DNA of 64,000 bases from Fidelibacterota bacterium (GTDB lineage Bacteria > Fidelibacterota > UBA8477), in NCBI GenBank assembly GCA_021734065.1, contig JAIPJQ010000003.1, forward strand, positions 1,497-65,496, given 5' to 3'. The notes below the pieces were generated by a model that saw only the letters and a list, made by a program, of their open reading frames with translations, searched no databases and was not told where the DNA came from. Shown piece after piece: positions 1 to 10,764 of the stretch. Positions within the stretch are counted from its first letter, which is position 1. Every line of letters begins with the position of its first letter. The position numbers and the translations under genes were made by a program.

Positions 1-1
1 C

Positions 2-907
2 ATGAAAAATATCAATAACTCTGTCTACTATCACGCCATCAGCAAGTGGCTGGATCGTCCGGTGGAATGGACCTGGCCGCTCTGGGCAGGCTATCTATTG
101 GTATTTCTGGCAGGTGTTATGGCGGCTTTGATCGTGGCCGCTATCGCACTAAAACTACAGGTCCGCAAAATCACAAAAGAGCTCATGGCTGCTCAGGAGA
201 AAATCATTCAAAATCAGCGCCTTTCTGCTCTGGGTGAAATGGCCAGTGGTATTGTACATGACTTTCGGAACTACCTGACTCCCATTTTGGGAAATGTGGA
301 TATGTTGCTAATGCACACCGAAAAATGGACGGACAAATCCTTTGTGCAGCCCATTCTGGAACAGATTCGCAAGGTCGTGGGCGACTCGGAACAGATCGTG
401 GAGCGTCTGCAGGAATTTTACCGACCGCGGGAGGGTTCGGAAAGACTGGAACCGGTGGATCTGAATCTGGTGGTATCCGAATCCATGGACCTGGCCAGAC
501 ATCGTTCCCTGGACATGATGAAGCTGAAAATTGACCAGAATCTCACCAACCGCTCAAGGATCCTTGGCAAGCCGGGTGAACTACGCGAAGCCGTCATCAA
601 TTTGATTTTTAATGCCATTGATGCAATGCCGGAGGGCGGTACACTTTCCTTCACGACCCGCGAGGAGGAGGACCAGGTCATTCTCGCCATCCAGGACACG
701 GGACTCGGTATGGCTGAGGAGGTTAAAATTCGCGCGCTGGACCCTTTCTTCACCACCAAAGGTGAGGAGGGAACCGGCATGGGTCTGGCCATGGTGTATG
801 GCACTGTGGTGCGGCATAACGGAACCATCCAGATTGATTCAGGACCGGGTCGGGGAACCACCATCCTGATTACATTTCCCGCACAGAAAGCCTACACCGT
901 CACCTGA
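2..907 (+). CDS. membrane sensor histidine kinase (TM + HisKA + HATPase_c)
   Basis: 301-aa ORF. TM helix LLVFLAGVMAALIVAAIALKL, H-box SGIVHDFRNYLTPI, ATPase boxes NLIFNAIDAM, DTGLGM, GTGMGLAMV. The ATG is at nt 2, so the true 5' end could lie outside the window. Confidence 0.8.
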   Translation: MKNINNSVYYHAISKWLDRPVEWTWPLWAGYLLVFLAGVMAALIVAAIALKLQVRKITKELMAAQEKIIQNQRLSALGEMASGIVHDFRNYLTPILGNVDMLLMHTEKWTDKSFVQPILEQIRKVVGDSEQIVERLQEFYRPREGSERLEPVDLNLVVSESMDLARHRSLDMMKLKIDQNLTNRSRILGKPGELREAVINLIFNAIDAMPEGGTLSFTTREEEDQVILAIQDTGLGMAEEVKIRALDPFFTTKGEEGTGMGLAMVYGTVVRHNGTIQIDSGPGRGTTILITFPAQKAYTVT

Positions 908-1287
908 CAGGCTTCCTGCCACCTCGAATTAAAGTGCCAATTCACTTGGTGTTTGATCATGGCGAAAGGGCTTTTATGGCATTTCCTGCCCGTTGGTGCT
1001 TTTGTGTTCTGTGGCACCCCCGGCTTCAGGCATGGAGGCCGTGTTTATCACAATTGGCCTTATAATGGTTTTTCCATCAATATGGAGCGACTCAAATGCC
1101 AAAAAATGGACGCATTTTATCAATAATGGATTAAGTTTGGTTGAGCGTCTGTCAAATTATAAGTGTGGTGACTGACCGAAGGAGATACAACAACCTTTAT
1201 CTGTTTAATTTTATATATTGAATGGGTAATTGGTAGGTCAATCCGCAAATATTCGCCAGGAATCACTATCAAACTGAGGGACTGACC

Positions 1288-4200
1288 ATGAAACGTACAT
1301 TAGTATTACTGACTGTTTCCATTTCATTTTTTTGGATTGGGTCCTGTTCGTCCGATAAGGATGAGCCCGGGGAAATTGGTCAACAAGCAACCTCCCGGGC
1401 TATCCAGAAGGAGTTGGGACAAAAAATTGACCTGGATAATCTCGTGATTAATAAACCGCCGGCAATTTTGCGATCCACAGAGCCCATCATTCTGACTTTT
1501 CAGAAACCGGTCGTTCCCACTCATCTGGTCAATACGAATCTGGCAGATAATCCCTTCACTTTCCAACCCAAAATATCTGGTACAGCCTCCTGGCGGTCTC
1601 CCCGTGAATTACGTTTTATACCGGATGTCCAGCTAACTGCCGGAAAATTTTATCAGGGGACATTGGATGGTGAAAAATTGCTTGGAGATCCGGGCAAGGG
1701 ACAGGAAATCACATTTCAGTTTAAGATCGCCGAACAAGAAATCTTGCGCCTGGAAGGTGATTTCGAACCGGTGGGCGATGCTGAAAACACTGTGAGTTAC
1801 ACCGGGTCCATTATTTTCGCCCAACCCGTTGATGCGAATTCGGTCGGGAAGGAATTAACCTGCACTCTGGATGGACGCAGGGTCGATGTGACGGTTACCG
1901 CTCATAATTCATCTGAAAAAGTTAAAATTGAAACAGCCCCGATTTTGCGAAAAGCTGAAGGTCAAAATATTGAATTCACATTGCCTGAAACCTTCACCGC
2001 TGATAAAAAGGGATGGAAATCAAGCATCTATCTCGCCGGTATTGCTCAGTTCCGCATCCTCTCCGCCGGTGAGCGTGAAGGGGGTGAATCCAATCAACTA
2101 GGGTACGAATTTCGATTTTCCGATCTGCTGAAAAAGGACATGGATCTATCCGGGTTCGTTTCGGTAACCCCGACAACCAAACACAGCGTACGGATCTCAG
2201 GTAAAAGCCTGATTCTGGAGGGTGATTTCCAACCGGGTCAGGATTATACCGTTAAAATTGCAGCCGGATTACCAAGTGCATTTAAACAGAAATTACAGGA
2301 GCCCTACACATCACTCATCAGTTTCACAAATCTAAATCCGGAAATCCAGTGGTTATCCGAAGGGGTTTATTTACCAACCGACAATCATTATAAACTACAA
2401 TTTAAATCTGTAAATGTGAGACGCGCAAATATCCGGGTTTATGAAATCCAAAAGCAAAATGTGGGGTTTTTCCTTCAAAACAATGACCTGCTAGATCAGA
2501 ATCCGAGTGACGACAATTATCATTACAATCGGAACCGGAATTTTGCTGATCTGAAGCGCGTTGCTGAGAGTATCTATAATCAACGGCATGACCTGACATC
2601 TGAACGAAATCATTGGACTAAAACGGAGATAGATTTATCTGGTGTTTTCAGAGATAAACCCGGTTCGGTTTTCATCGTCGACATCACCTTCGATAGTCAA
2701 GATCTGTGTGGCCAGTGTACGAATTCGAAAAATGATGTCGCACCGAAATTTATCTACTACCCCAACAACAATTATTATGCGAATCCCTGTAGGAATGGTT
2801 ATTACTATAAAAATGGAGCCATTCGTAAGCTTCTGATTTCCACCAATGTTGGGCTGACATTAAAACAGGCAACAGATCATCATCAAATTATTCTGGCGAC
2901 CGATCTTCTCACTGCCCGTCCAATGCCGAATGTAAAATTAGGCCTTTATAATTACCAGAATCGTCTCATCGAAAGCCAGGTTACTGATAAAAATGGTGAA
3001 GCTGTATTCACAAATCCGAACGGGTACCGATTCTATGGCGAGACCAATCGTGGTGTGGCCATTTTACGGAAGGATCACAAAACCTGGGATTTGACCCGCT
3101 TTGATGTGGGGGGCAGTCAGGCAAGCCAGGCCGGCATTGATGTTTTTACATATACGGATCGTGGCGTTCACCGCCCCGGAGACACGATTTACCTCACGGG
3201 GATCGTCCGGCTGGAAAGAAAAAACCCGCCCAATGAGTTCCCGGTTCATCTTGTAATGTTCAATCCCAAACGTCAGGTTGTGTTTACCTCACGCACGAAT
3301 TGTGATCTGAATGGGATGTTTCATTTCAGCATAACGACCGACACCAAAGCAGAAACGGGCGACTGGCAGGCAAACCTTCAGGTTGGTGGAAAACTTTTTA
3401 GCAAAACCCTGAAGGTTGAGGCTGTCAAACCGGTGCGACTCAAGACTGAACTCGACTTCCCCGAAAAGGTATTTGCCGATGATCTGAACATCCGGGGTAA
3501 AGTCAAAACCCGCTTCCTGTTTGGGCAGCCGGCTGCGAATCTGCAGTACAAAGTTGAAGCGCGTTTAACAAGTCTGCCGCTCCGGTTTAAATCCTGGTCG
3601 GACTACACCTTCGAGAACCCTTTTACCCATTTCACGCTACGGGACCTGACGTTAAAAGAGGGAAAATTGGATTCGAATGGCGTGGCGGAAATTAATCACA
3701 ATCTCACCGAGGTTACCCAAGCGCCATCATTGGTACTGGCCAGAATCAAATCACGAGTGAATGAGCAGGGAGGAAACTTTCAGGAGCAGACAACTTACAG
3801 CACGATTTATCCTTATCATCATTTCGTAGGTGTAAAAAAACCCTTCCGTCGCCAATGGATCCGAATCGGTGAAGAATATAAATTGCCCGTTGTTGTCGTT
3901 GATACCGCTGGAAATGCTTTGCCAAACCAGCGTGTTCGGGTTCGACTCTATCTGAACAAACGCTGGTGGTGGTGGCATTACGACGATCGTGACCGGAAGG
4001 ATTTCACTTCCAGCAACACAACCTATTTGGTTAGTGAAAAGGAATTCACAACTGGAACCGAATTGACCGAGTATGACTTAAAACCCGACGATTATGGTCA
4101 GCATTATCTGGAAATAAAGGATCTAAACAGTGGTCACACAACCGGACTGTTCTTCTATGTTTCGAATTGGGGTTCAGGACCGGATCAGAGCGCTGGTGGA

Positions 4201-6843
4201 CCGGGTGCCAATCAGCTTGACCTGAAATTGAATCAGGAAAAATATGCACCCGGCGATCAAGTGACAGTCACGTTTGAATCGCCCTCCGAGGGCATGGCCT
4301 GGCTAAGTGTGGAACAGGACACTAAAGTATTTTTTACCGACTGGAAGCCCCTGAGCCCCGGACATACCTCATTCACATTTAAAACGACACCGGAAATGCT
4401 GCCGAATTGCTATGTGAGCATCAGCATGATCCAACCACATGGCCAATCGGAAAATGATTTACCACTGCGTGTAATCGGGATTAAACCGGTGTTTATTGAG
4501 GAACCGAAATCACATCTTGATTTACGATTGAATGCACCGGAAAAGTTGGAACCGGGTGAAGACTTCACCATGCGGTTGACATCTTATGCCGACCAACGCG
4601 TTTCATATACCGTTGCCGTCGTGGATGAAGGCTTGCTGAGTCTGACCGGGTTTAAAACGCCCATGCCGTGGGATCATTACTTTAAGCGGGTTCGCCTGGC
4701 GATAAAATCCACTGATAATCTGGAGGAAATTCTGGGCGCACTCTTCCCTGACATTGATAAATATCTTTCTATCGGCGGGGATGCGATGGCAATGGCTGAG
4801 GGAGCCGGTGATCTGAATCGACTCAAACGATTGGATTTAAACGATACAAAGCGTTTCAAGCCAGTCGTCCTGTTCCAGGCGCCCTCTATCGTAGAGCCGG
4901 GCGACATCAAGGATATTCACTTCACGATGCCCGACTATATCGGCGAGGTGCGCGTCATGCTTATCGCCACGGCAGGTGATGCCTACACCACAATCGAACG
5001 AAACATTCCGGTCAAGCAACCCTTGATGTTGTTGACCACAATTCCCCGGGTTGTGCGACCCGGCGACAAGTTCAGCGTGCCGGTGTCAATTTTTTCGGCG
5101 GAAGAGTCCATTGATACGGTCCAGGTTCAGATTGCAGTTTCAGACAATTTGAGCTTGGTGGGCAACCGCGAGCAAACCGTAACTTTTTCGAAAACCGGTG
5201 AGAAAGATGTCCATTTTAATTTGCGTGTCGGTGAACATCTCGGCGCAGATACCATCACCGTCACCGCCAGGAGTAAAGCCAACTCTGCGGTGAATGTCAC
5301 CCATCTACCGGTAAGCGCACCTAATCCTTTCTATACTCAGGTCACCGAGAAAGAATTATTGCGTGGTAATCCGGTGACTTTTACCCCACGAAAAGTTGGC
5401 CTGGCAGGGTCCAATGCCGCCCGATTAAGCGTCTCCCGAATTCCGGACATCCAGTTGGATGATCGGCTGAAGCGATTGATCCGATATCCTTATGGGTGCA
5501 TTGAACAGACCACATCGGCTATTTTCCCGCAAATTTATCTAAATTTCCTGACAGATTTGAAGCCCTACCAGAAACAAATGGTTTCAGATCTTGTCAATGC
5601 AGGTATTGCGCGATTAAGTGGGTATCAGACCGGCGATGGATTTGCGTATTGGCCGGGACAGTTAAGCACATCAGAGTGGGGATCTGCATACACCGGGCAC
5701 TTTCTCATTGAGGGTCGCCGACTCGGGTTTGCTGTACCCGATCAGCTATATAATCATTGGCTGAAGGGCGCACAGTCAAAAGCCCGCAGGGTTAATGAGA
5801 AAGATCATCGTATCCAGACCTATCGACTATTTTTATTGTCATTAATCGGAAAAGCAGATGATGGGGCCATGAATCTTGTGCGGGAGAATTATCTCGCCAA
5901 ACTTGATCCATTGTCCCGAAGGTTATTAGCCGCCGCGTACTATCTCAGCGGTAAACAGGATATTGCCGCTCAAATAGATGTATCGGCACCAACCATTCGA
6001 AATGATCGTGAATTGGGGAATACCTGGGCGTCACCCATCCGTGATGCAGCCTTGATGGGTTATTTGTCCCTGAAGATGGGCGATGAAAGGACCGCTGGGC
6101 GCTTATTGCGCGAAGTCGTCAGAAAGTTCCAGCCATATGCATGGTATTCCACGCACGAAACCGCCATGACGCTGCTGTTCATTGGGAATTATTACGAGAC
6201 GGTGGCGGTACCCGGCAATCATGCGGAATTTACCTTCCAAATGGGCGATACGCCGGCTCAGGCCATGACCTTGACCACGCCTCAATCCATAATTCCTTTA
6301 GAGAATGCCTGGGACATGGAAATCAAGCTGACCACCGACGAGCCTTCTGCGATTTTCCTGACTTTGTATGAAGAGGGTATTCCGTTGGACAACCGTATCA
6401 AGACAGAATACAATGGCATTGAATTGAAGCGGAATTATTACGATGAAGCCGGGTTGCCGATTGATGTTTCGGTGATTGAACAGGGGGCTCCTTTCTGGAT
6501 CGTATTCAATGTGCTGAATGTCAATCGAATCACGCTCAAAAATGTAGCTCTGACCTGTGTTCTGCCATCCGGCTGGGAAATCATGAATCTTCGCCTGACC
6601 GGTGAGTCGCCGCCAGACTGGATTAAACAGAAACGGGTCACCGAAGGGGATTACATGGATATCCGTGATGATCGGGTGAACTGGTTTTTTGACCTGAACA
6701 CAAATCAATCCGGGATGAATTTTGCGGTAAAGATCAATCCAACTTTCAAGGGACAATACCGAATGCCACCGGTTTCAGTTGAGACCATGTATTCACCGGA
6801 GTATTACGCCCGAATCGCAGCAAGCATGGTGACGGTGAAATAG
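1288..6843 (+). CDS. bacterial alpha-2-macroglobulin family lipoprotein with intact thioester
   Basis: 1851-aa ORF. Lipobox-like signal FFWIGSC. Thioester motif GCIEQ encoded at 5494-5508. Followed 31 nt later by pbpC, the classical A2M-PBP1C pairing. Confidence 0.9.
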   Translation: MKRTLVLLTVSISFFWIGSCSSDKDEPGEIGQQATSRAIQKELGQKIDLDNLVINKPPAILRSTEPIILTFQKPVVPTHLVNTNLADNPFTFQPKISGTASWRSPRELRFIPDVQLTAGKFYQGTLDGEKLLGDPGKGQEITFQFKIAEQEILRLEGDFEPVGDAENTVSYTGSIIFAQPVDANSVGKELTCTLDGRRVDVTVTAHNSSEKVKIETAPILRKAEGQNIEFTLPETFTADKKGWKSSIYLAGIAQFRILSAGEREGGESNQLGYEFRFSDLLKKDMDLSGFVSVTPTTKHSVRISGKSLILEGDFQPGQDYTVKIAAGLPSAFKQKLQEPYTSLISFTNLNPEIQWLSEGVYLPTDNHYKLQFKSVNVRRANIRVYEIQKQNVGFFLQNNDLLDQNPSDDNYHYNRNRNFADLKRVAESIYNQRHDLTSERNHWTKTEIDLSGVFRDKPGSVFIVDITFDSQDLCGQCTNSKNDVAPKFIYYPNNNYYANPCRNGYYYKNGAIRKLLISTNVGLTLKQATDHHQIILATDLLTARPMPNVKLGLYNYQNRLIESQVTDKNGEAVFTNPNGYRFYGETNRGVAILRKDHKTWDLTRFDVGGSQASQAGIDVFTYTDRGVHRPGDTIYLTGIVRLERKNPPNEFPVHLVMFNPKRQVVFTSRTNCDLNGMFHFSITTDTKAETGDWQANLQVGGKLFSKTLKVEAVKPVRLKTELDFPEKVFADDLNIRGKVKTRFLFGQPAANLQYKVEARLTSLPLRFKSWSDYTFENPFTHFTLRDLTLKEGKLDSNGVAEINHNLTEVTQAPSLVLARIKSRVNEQGGNFQEQTTYSTIYPYHHFVGVKKPFRRQWIRIGEEYKLPVVVVDTAGNALPNQRVRVRLYLNKRWWWWHYDDRDRKDFTSSNTTYLVSEKEFTTGTELTEYDLKPDDYGQHYLEIKDLNSGHTTGLFFYVSNWGSGPDQSAGGPGANQLDLKLNQEKYAPGDQVTVTFESPSEGMAWLSVEQDTKVFFTDWKPLSPGHTSFTFKTTPEMLPNCYVSISMIQPHGQSENDLPLRVIGIKPVFIEEPKSHLDLRLNAPEKLEPGEDFTMRLTSYADQRVSYTVAVVDEGLLSLTGFKTPMPWDHYFKRVRLAIKSTDNLEEILGALFPDIDKYLSIGGDAMAMAEGAGDLNRLKRLDLNDTKRFKPVVLFQAPSIVEPGDIKDIHFTMPDYIGEVRVMLIATAGDAYTTIERNIPVKQPLMLLTTIPRVVRPGDKFSVPVSIFSAEESIDTVQVQIAVSDNLSLVGNREQTVTFSKTGEKDVHFNLRVGEHLGADTITVTARSKANSAVNVTHLPVSAPNPFYTQVTEKELLRGNPVTFTPRKVGLAGSNAARLSVSRIPDIQLDDRLKRLIRYPYGCIEQTTSAIFPQIYLNFLTDLKPYQKQMVSDLVNAGIARLSGYQTGDGFAYWPGQLSTSEWGSAYTGHFLIEGRRLGFAVPDQLYNHWLKGAQSKARRVNEKDHRIQTYRLFLLSLIGKADDGAMNLVRENYLAKLDPLSRRLLAAAYYLSGKQDIAAQIDVSAPTIRNDRELGNTWASPIRDAALMGYLSLKMGDERTAGRLLREVVRKFQPYAWYSTHETAMTLLFIGNYYETVAVPGNHAEFTFQMGDTPAQAMTLTTPQSIIPLENAWDMEIKLTTDEPSAIFLTLYEEGIPLDNRIKTEYNGIELKRNYYDEAGLPIDVSVIEQGAPFWIVFNVLNVNRITLKNVALTCVLPSGWEIMNLRLTGESPPDWIKQKRVTEGDYMDIRDDRVNWFFDLNTNQSGMNFAVKINPTFKGQYRMPPVSVETMYSPEYYARIAASMVTVK

Positions 6844-6874
6844 CCTGACGGATCAAGGTAAGGACTGGAATCCC

Positions 6875-9259
6875 ATGACGGTCAATTTGAACCCAAACCA
6901 CCTGCTTTCGGAGCGGAAACGTTTGATTCGAATGATTGGCAACGGGCTGAGCTGGAAACGAATCAGCCTCATTCTGGCCGTTGTTTTTCTGATCTGGTTG
7001 ATTTGGCCCATGTCCTACCCATTTCCCGATAATACCTCACAACTAATCCGCTCCTCAGACGGTGATTTATTGCGCGTCACGCTGGCTACTGACGACCAAT
7101 ACAGGTTCCCGCCATCGAATCAACCTTTACCGGAAAAATACCGGCAGGCTGTCCTGTTGTGGGAGGATCATCGCTTTTATCGGCACCCGGGTGTTGATCC
7201 AATTGCACTGATTCGGGCGGCTTCATCGAATATTAAAAATGGACATTTGGTTAGTGGGGGCAGCACCATCACTATGCAGGTTGCCCGCCTGGCATGGCCA
7301 AAACCGCGTACATACTTCAACAAACTTCGCGAGTGCTTTACTGCGGTAAAGCTGACACGCCATTTTTCCAAAGCTGAAATTCTGAAGATGTACGCTGATC
7401 ATGTCCCCATGGGTGGAAATTTTGTGGGGGTCAACACGGCATCCTGGTATTATCTGGGTAAATCAGCCCAGCAGCTTACCTGGGCTGAAGCGGCACTTTT
7501 CGCGGTACTCCCCAATTCACCATCGATGATGAATCTGGAAAAGGATCGACGACTCCTGCAAAAAAAGCGCAACCGGCTCATCAATCGTCTATTTCAAAAT
7601 CATGTGATCAATCAAGCGACGTCCAGACTTGCCATGGAGGAACCACTGCCCGGTCATTCCGGAAAGTTTCCTTTTATTGCGCCGCATTTTACACAAAAGG
7701 TATTGACCCGGGCTCCCCATAAACCCGACATCATCACTACATTGAATAGTCACCTTCAGAACACGGTAGAGCAGCTGGCTGACAATTATCATACACAATT
7801 ATCAGTTAAGGGTATTTCCAATCTGGCAGTATTGGTTGCCGAAACCAGAACAGGAAAAGTTCGGGCTTATATCGGGTCAGCTAACTGGTTTGATTCAACA
7901 GCGAGCGGACAGGTAGACGGTATCCAGGCAGCTCGCTCAACCGGCAGCCTGTTAAAACCGATTCTGGCTGCTATGGCTTTGGACAATGGGCCCTTCACCA
8001 TGGCTTCACTGCTGCAGGATATACCCACAGCGTATGGTACATTCATCCCTAAAAATGCTGATCTAACATATCGCGGTATGGTGAGTCTGGAAGAGATGCT
8101 GCTCCATTCCCTGAATATTCCGGCGGTCAGGCTCCTAAAAACAATCGGCATTATCCCGCTATATGATCTACTTCACGATGCTGGTTTACAGGATTTATTC
8201 CGGAGTCCGGATGGCTATGGATTATCACTGATTTTGGGAGGAGCAGAAGCCAGGCTTGCGGAGTTGGTGCAGCTCTATTTAATGCTGGGTAATGACGGCC
8301 GACCACAATCGTTGGTTTACCTTGATGGCGTTGATTCAGAGGCAGAAACTCAGCCCGGCAATTTGGTGAGTGCAGGAGCCAGCTGGCTCACGCTTGAGAC
8401 GCTGCAAAATGTCACCCGGCCGGATGTAGATTTTTACTGGCAAAATTTTTCTCAACAAATCCCCGTCGCATGGAAAACCGGAACCAGTTTTGGGAACAAG
8501 GATGGTTGGGCTATCGGGCTGAATGCGCAGTGGACTGTCGGTGTTTGGGTTGGCAATTTTTCGGGTGAAGGGAATGTGGAGATCGGTGGCGCAAAAGCTG
8601 CTGCACCTTTGCTGTTCGATATTATTAACCAAATTACGGATCCGAATGCCACGCTTTGGTTTGAGGAGCCGGATCTGGATTTGAAATCAATCGAGATTTG
8701 TTCAGAAAGTGGCTACCCGGCCGGTCCAAATTGCTCCCAAAAACGACTGATTAGTGTACCACTGTATACAACAAAAAGCGGGATTTGCCCTTTCCATCGG
8801 CAGTTTATTCTGGACAAGGCAACTGGAAAGGCTGTCTGTTCACAGTGCTGGAACGGTCTTCAGACCGAACGGGTGACAGCATTTGTTCTACCCCCGGCAG
8901 CACAACGGATCTATCAGCGCAATGGTCGCACCGTTGATTATATACCGCAACATTTGGCCGCGTGTCCCACGAGCAGCAATCAAGACCGGTTGGAAATTGT
9001 CTATCCGGTCAATGGCATCAGTATTCTGGTCCCCCGGAATTTTGATGGCAATTATGAGCAAGTCGTATTTCAGGCCAATTCTCAGGTCAAGGATACACGC
9101 CTGTTTTGGTTGCTGGATAATTGCCTGATTGGTGAAACTGAGCATCATCACGAATTGGCTGTAGATCTGAAAGCAGGAGAACATACGCTGGTCATCATGG
9201 ATGATGAAGGTTTTACCCGTCGGGTCCATTTCAGGGCATTCAGGAATACACCGAGCTAA
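6875..9259 (+). CDS. pbpC: penicillin-binding protein 1C (transglycosylase/transpeptidase)
   Basis: 794 aa. N-terminal TM anchor. GT51 motifs EDHRFYRHPGVD and GGSTITMQ. Transpeptidase SxxK (STGSLLKP) and KTG (WKTGTS) boxes. Sits downstream of the A2M gene. Confidence 0.88.
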   Translation: MTVNLNPNHLLSERKRLIRMIGNGLSWKRISLILAVVFLIWLIWPMSYPFPDNTSQLIRSSDGDLLRVTLATDDQYRFPPSNQPLPEKYRQAVLLWEDHRFYRHPGVDPIALIRAASSNIKNGHLVSGGSTITMQVARLAWPKPRTYFNKLRECFTAVKLTRHFSKAEILKMYADHVPMGGNFVGVNTASWYYLGKSAQQLTWAEAALFAVLPNSPSMMNLEKDRRLLQKKRNRLINRLFQNHVINQATSRLAMEEPLPGHSGKFPFIAPHFTQKVLTRAPHKPDIITTLNSHLQNTVEQLADNYHTQLSVKGISNLAVLVAETRTGKVRAYIGSANWFDSTASGQVDGIQAARSTGSLLKPILAAMALDNGPFTMASLLQDIPTAYGTFIPKNADLTYRGMVSLEEMLLHSLNIPAVRLLKTIGIIPLYDLLHDAGLQDLFRSPDGYGLSLILGGAEARLAELVQLYLMLGNDGRPQSLVYLDGVDSEAETQPGNLVSAGASWLTLETLQNVTRPDVDFYWQNFSQQIPVAWKTGTSFGNKDGWAIGLNAQWTVGVWVGNFSGEGNVEIGGAKAAAPLLFDIINQITDPNATLWFEEPDLDLKSIEICSESGYPAGPNCSQKRLISVPLYTTKSGICPFHRQFILDKATGKAVCSQCWNGLQTERVTAFVLPPAAQRIYQRNGRTVDYIPQHLAACPTSSNQDRLEIVYPVNGISILVPRNFDGNYEQVVFQANSQVKDTRLFWLLDNCLIGETEHHHELAVDLKAGEHTLVIMDDEGFTRRVHFRAFRNTPS

Positions 9260-9468
9260 ATCACCAACAATCCGCCAATTACCCATCAAAGGTTTATATC
9301 CCAAATACTGCCGAATGAATTGGCATTCCGCTCGGGGAAATGATATACTTGCGGCTGTGAATAATGTCAGATACATACCGCATTACTCCTGCCCTCTCCG
9401 GTGTAAGGAAATGCGTTGTTCAATGACAAAATCTTAACCCCAACAAGAAACAATCGAACACACACATT

Positions 9469-9927
9469 ATGATTTACAGAAACACCTATAATTTAATTCG
9501 CGCGAAAATTGACGAGATTCAGGAAGCCATTAAGCAAAACAGCAAAGACATCAAACGGGCGGCTGATTTTGGCGATTTGAAAGAGAATGCCGAATACCAC
9601 GCCGCCAAAGAAAATCAGGTGCTGCTGCATGATAAACTGCGGCGCTATGAGCAATTTCTCCACAACGAAGTGGTGGAGCCCCATGAAATCGATCTGCAGC
9701 ATGTGGGTTTCGGGACCAGGGTCACCTACCACGACGGCCAGCGGGATGTGACCATTGCCGTGGCCGGTTCCGCCGAGTATGAACTGGACCTGTACGATAA
9801 TATCTGTACCACCCAATCCCCTCTCGCCCGGCAAATCCTGGGCAAGCAGATCGGCGAAAAATTTACCGTCACACTGCCGGGCGGCCAAAAAACCCTCACC
9901 ATCAAAGAGATCCAGCGGCTGGAGTAG
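9469..9927 (+). CDS. greA: transcription elongation factor GreA family
   Basis: 152 aa. Coiled-coil N-terminus with GDLKENAEYHAAKENQ and a C-terminal globular domain, typical of GreA. Confidence 0.85.
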   Translation: MIYRNTYNLIRAKIDEIQEAIKQNSKDIKRAADFGDLKENAEYHAAKENQVLLHDKLRRYEQFLHNEVVEPHEIDLQHVGFGTRVTYHDGQRDVTIAVAGSAEYELDLYDNICTTQSPLARQILGKQIGEKFTVTLPGGQKTLTIKEIQRLE

Positions 9928-10126
9928 TGCTTAGCCAGATAATCGCTTTCAAAACCAGGCTGGATAAACCCGCAATATTGGGGTTGTACACGATACATCT
10001 ATTGAGGCGCATTTGGTCTCGGCCGGAGCTAGTCTGGGTGACCTGGTCGGAAGCGAAACAAAGTACAACCCGTTGCCGCCTGATCTGACATCAACACACC
10101 GGGCGGGGCATCTCCGTCAGATAATC

Positions 10127-10154
10127 CCGGGGTCATAACATGTCCAGACCCCGG
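10127..10154. terminator. possible bidirectional stem-loop between convergent greA and the flgM-like gene
   Basis: CCGGGGTC-N12-GACCCCGG (8-bp GC-rich stem). No clear U-tract on either strand. Confidence 0.35.
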
Positions 10155-10231
10155 TAAGTTATGAGTTCACTGCATTAACAAATGTTTTGATCAGATATAG
10201 TGAAGTGAAATAATTGATGAGATGAATTGAA

Positions 10232-10744
10232 TCAATCACCTGGCCGAAGGATTCTCCCCGCGATATCTTCAATCACCCGGGGTTGTTCATAATATCCCTG
10301 CTGGATTTTTTCACGTATGGATTGGATTTCCTCATCGCTGAGCTGGTGCGGATTCTCACGCTGCTTTTGTAATTCTTCGAAACGCGCCGTCAGGATTTCC
10401 CTGATTCCCGGATCACCCATGATTCCCTCTGCGATCTTCTCGTGACTCTCGGGCGTATCGTATTTACCGGAGGTTATCGCTTTATTTATTCGCGCTATTT
10501 CAGCCGAATCTGACTCTTTCAGCACCTGAAGGTAGCGTCCCACCTCTTCCATTTGCTGTAACAGATTTCGGCCGGTATTGGAGATCTTCACACGGGCGGC
10601 GTTTCCGGATTCGGGAGGATCCGAATTTGTGGTCTCTTGCTTACCGACTTTCGATTGATTACCGGTACGATTGTTCGTGGCTTGGTTTTCTCGCAGGCGA
10701 CGAAATTCCGGTGGAAGGTTGTTTATGTCTTTAATTGGTCCCAT
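10232..10744 (-). CDS. flgM: anti-sigma-28 factor FlgM-like protein with duplicated C-terminal motif
   Basis: 170 aa. Polar, disordered-looking N-terminus. Two copies of the FlgM signature (EIARINKAITSGKYDTPESHEKIAEGI and EIQSIREKIQQGYYEQPRVIEDIAGRI). Last gene of the late flagellar block. Confidence 0.6.
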   Translation of the reverse strand: MGPIKDINNLPPEFRRLRENQATNNRTGNQSKVGKQETTNSDPPESGNAARVKISNTGRNLLQQMEEVGRYLQVLKESDSAEIARINKAITSGKYDTPESHEKIAEGIMGDPGIREILTARFEELQKQRENPHQLSDEEIQSIREKIQQGYYEQPRVIEDIAGRILRPGD

Positions 10745-10764
10745 GGTTCAAATCTTTCCAGCAG

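Noticed and set aside
993-1175. 60-aa ORF in the kinase-A2M intergenic region
   Set aside because: It has no RBS and an odd composition, and it lies in a probable promoter region.
10741-10760. tRNA T-loop-like string GGTTCAAATCT
   Set aside because: It sits at the flgM-like start codon and has no acceptor, D-arm or anticodon arm complementarity around it.
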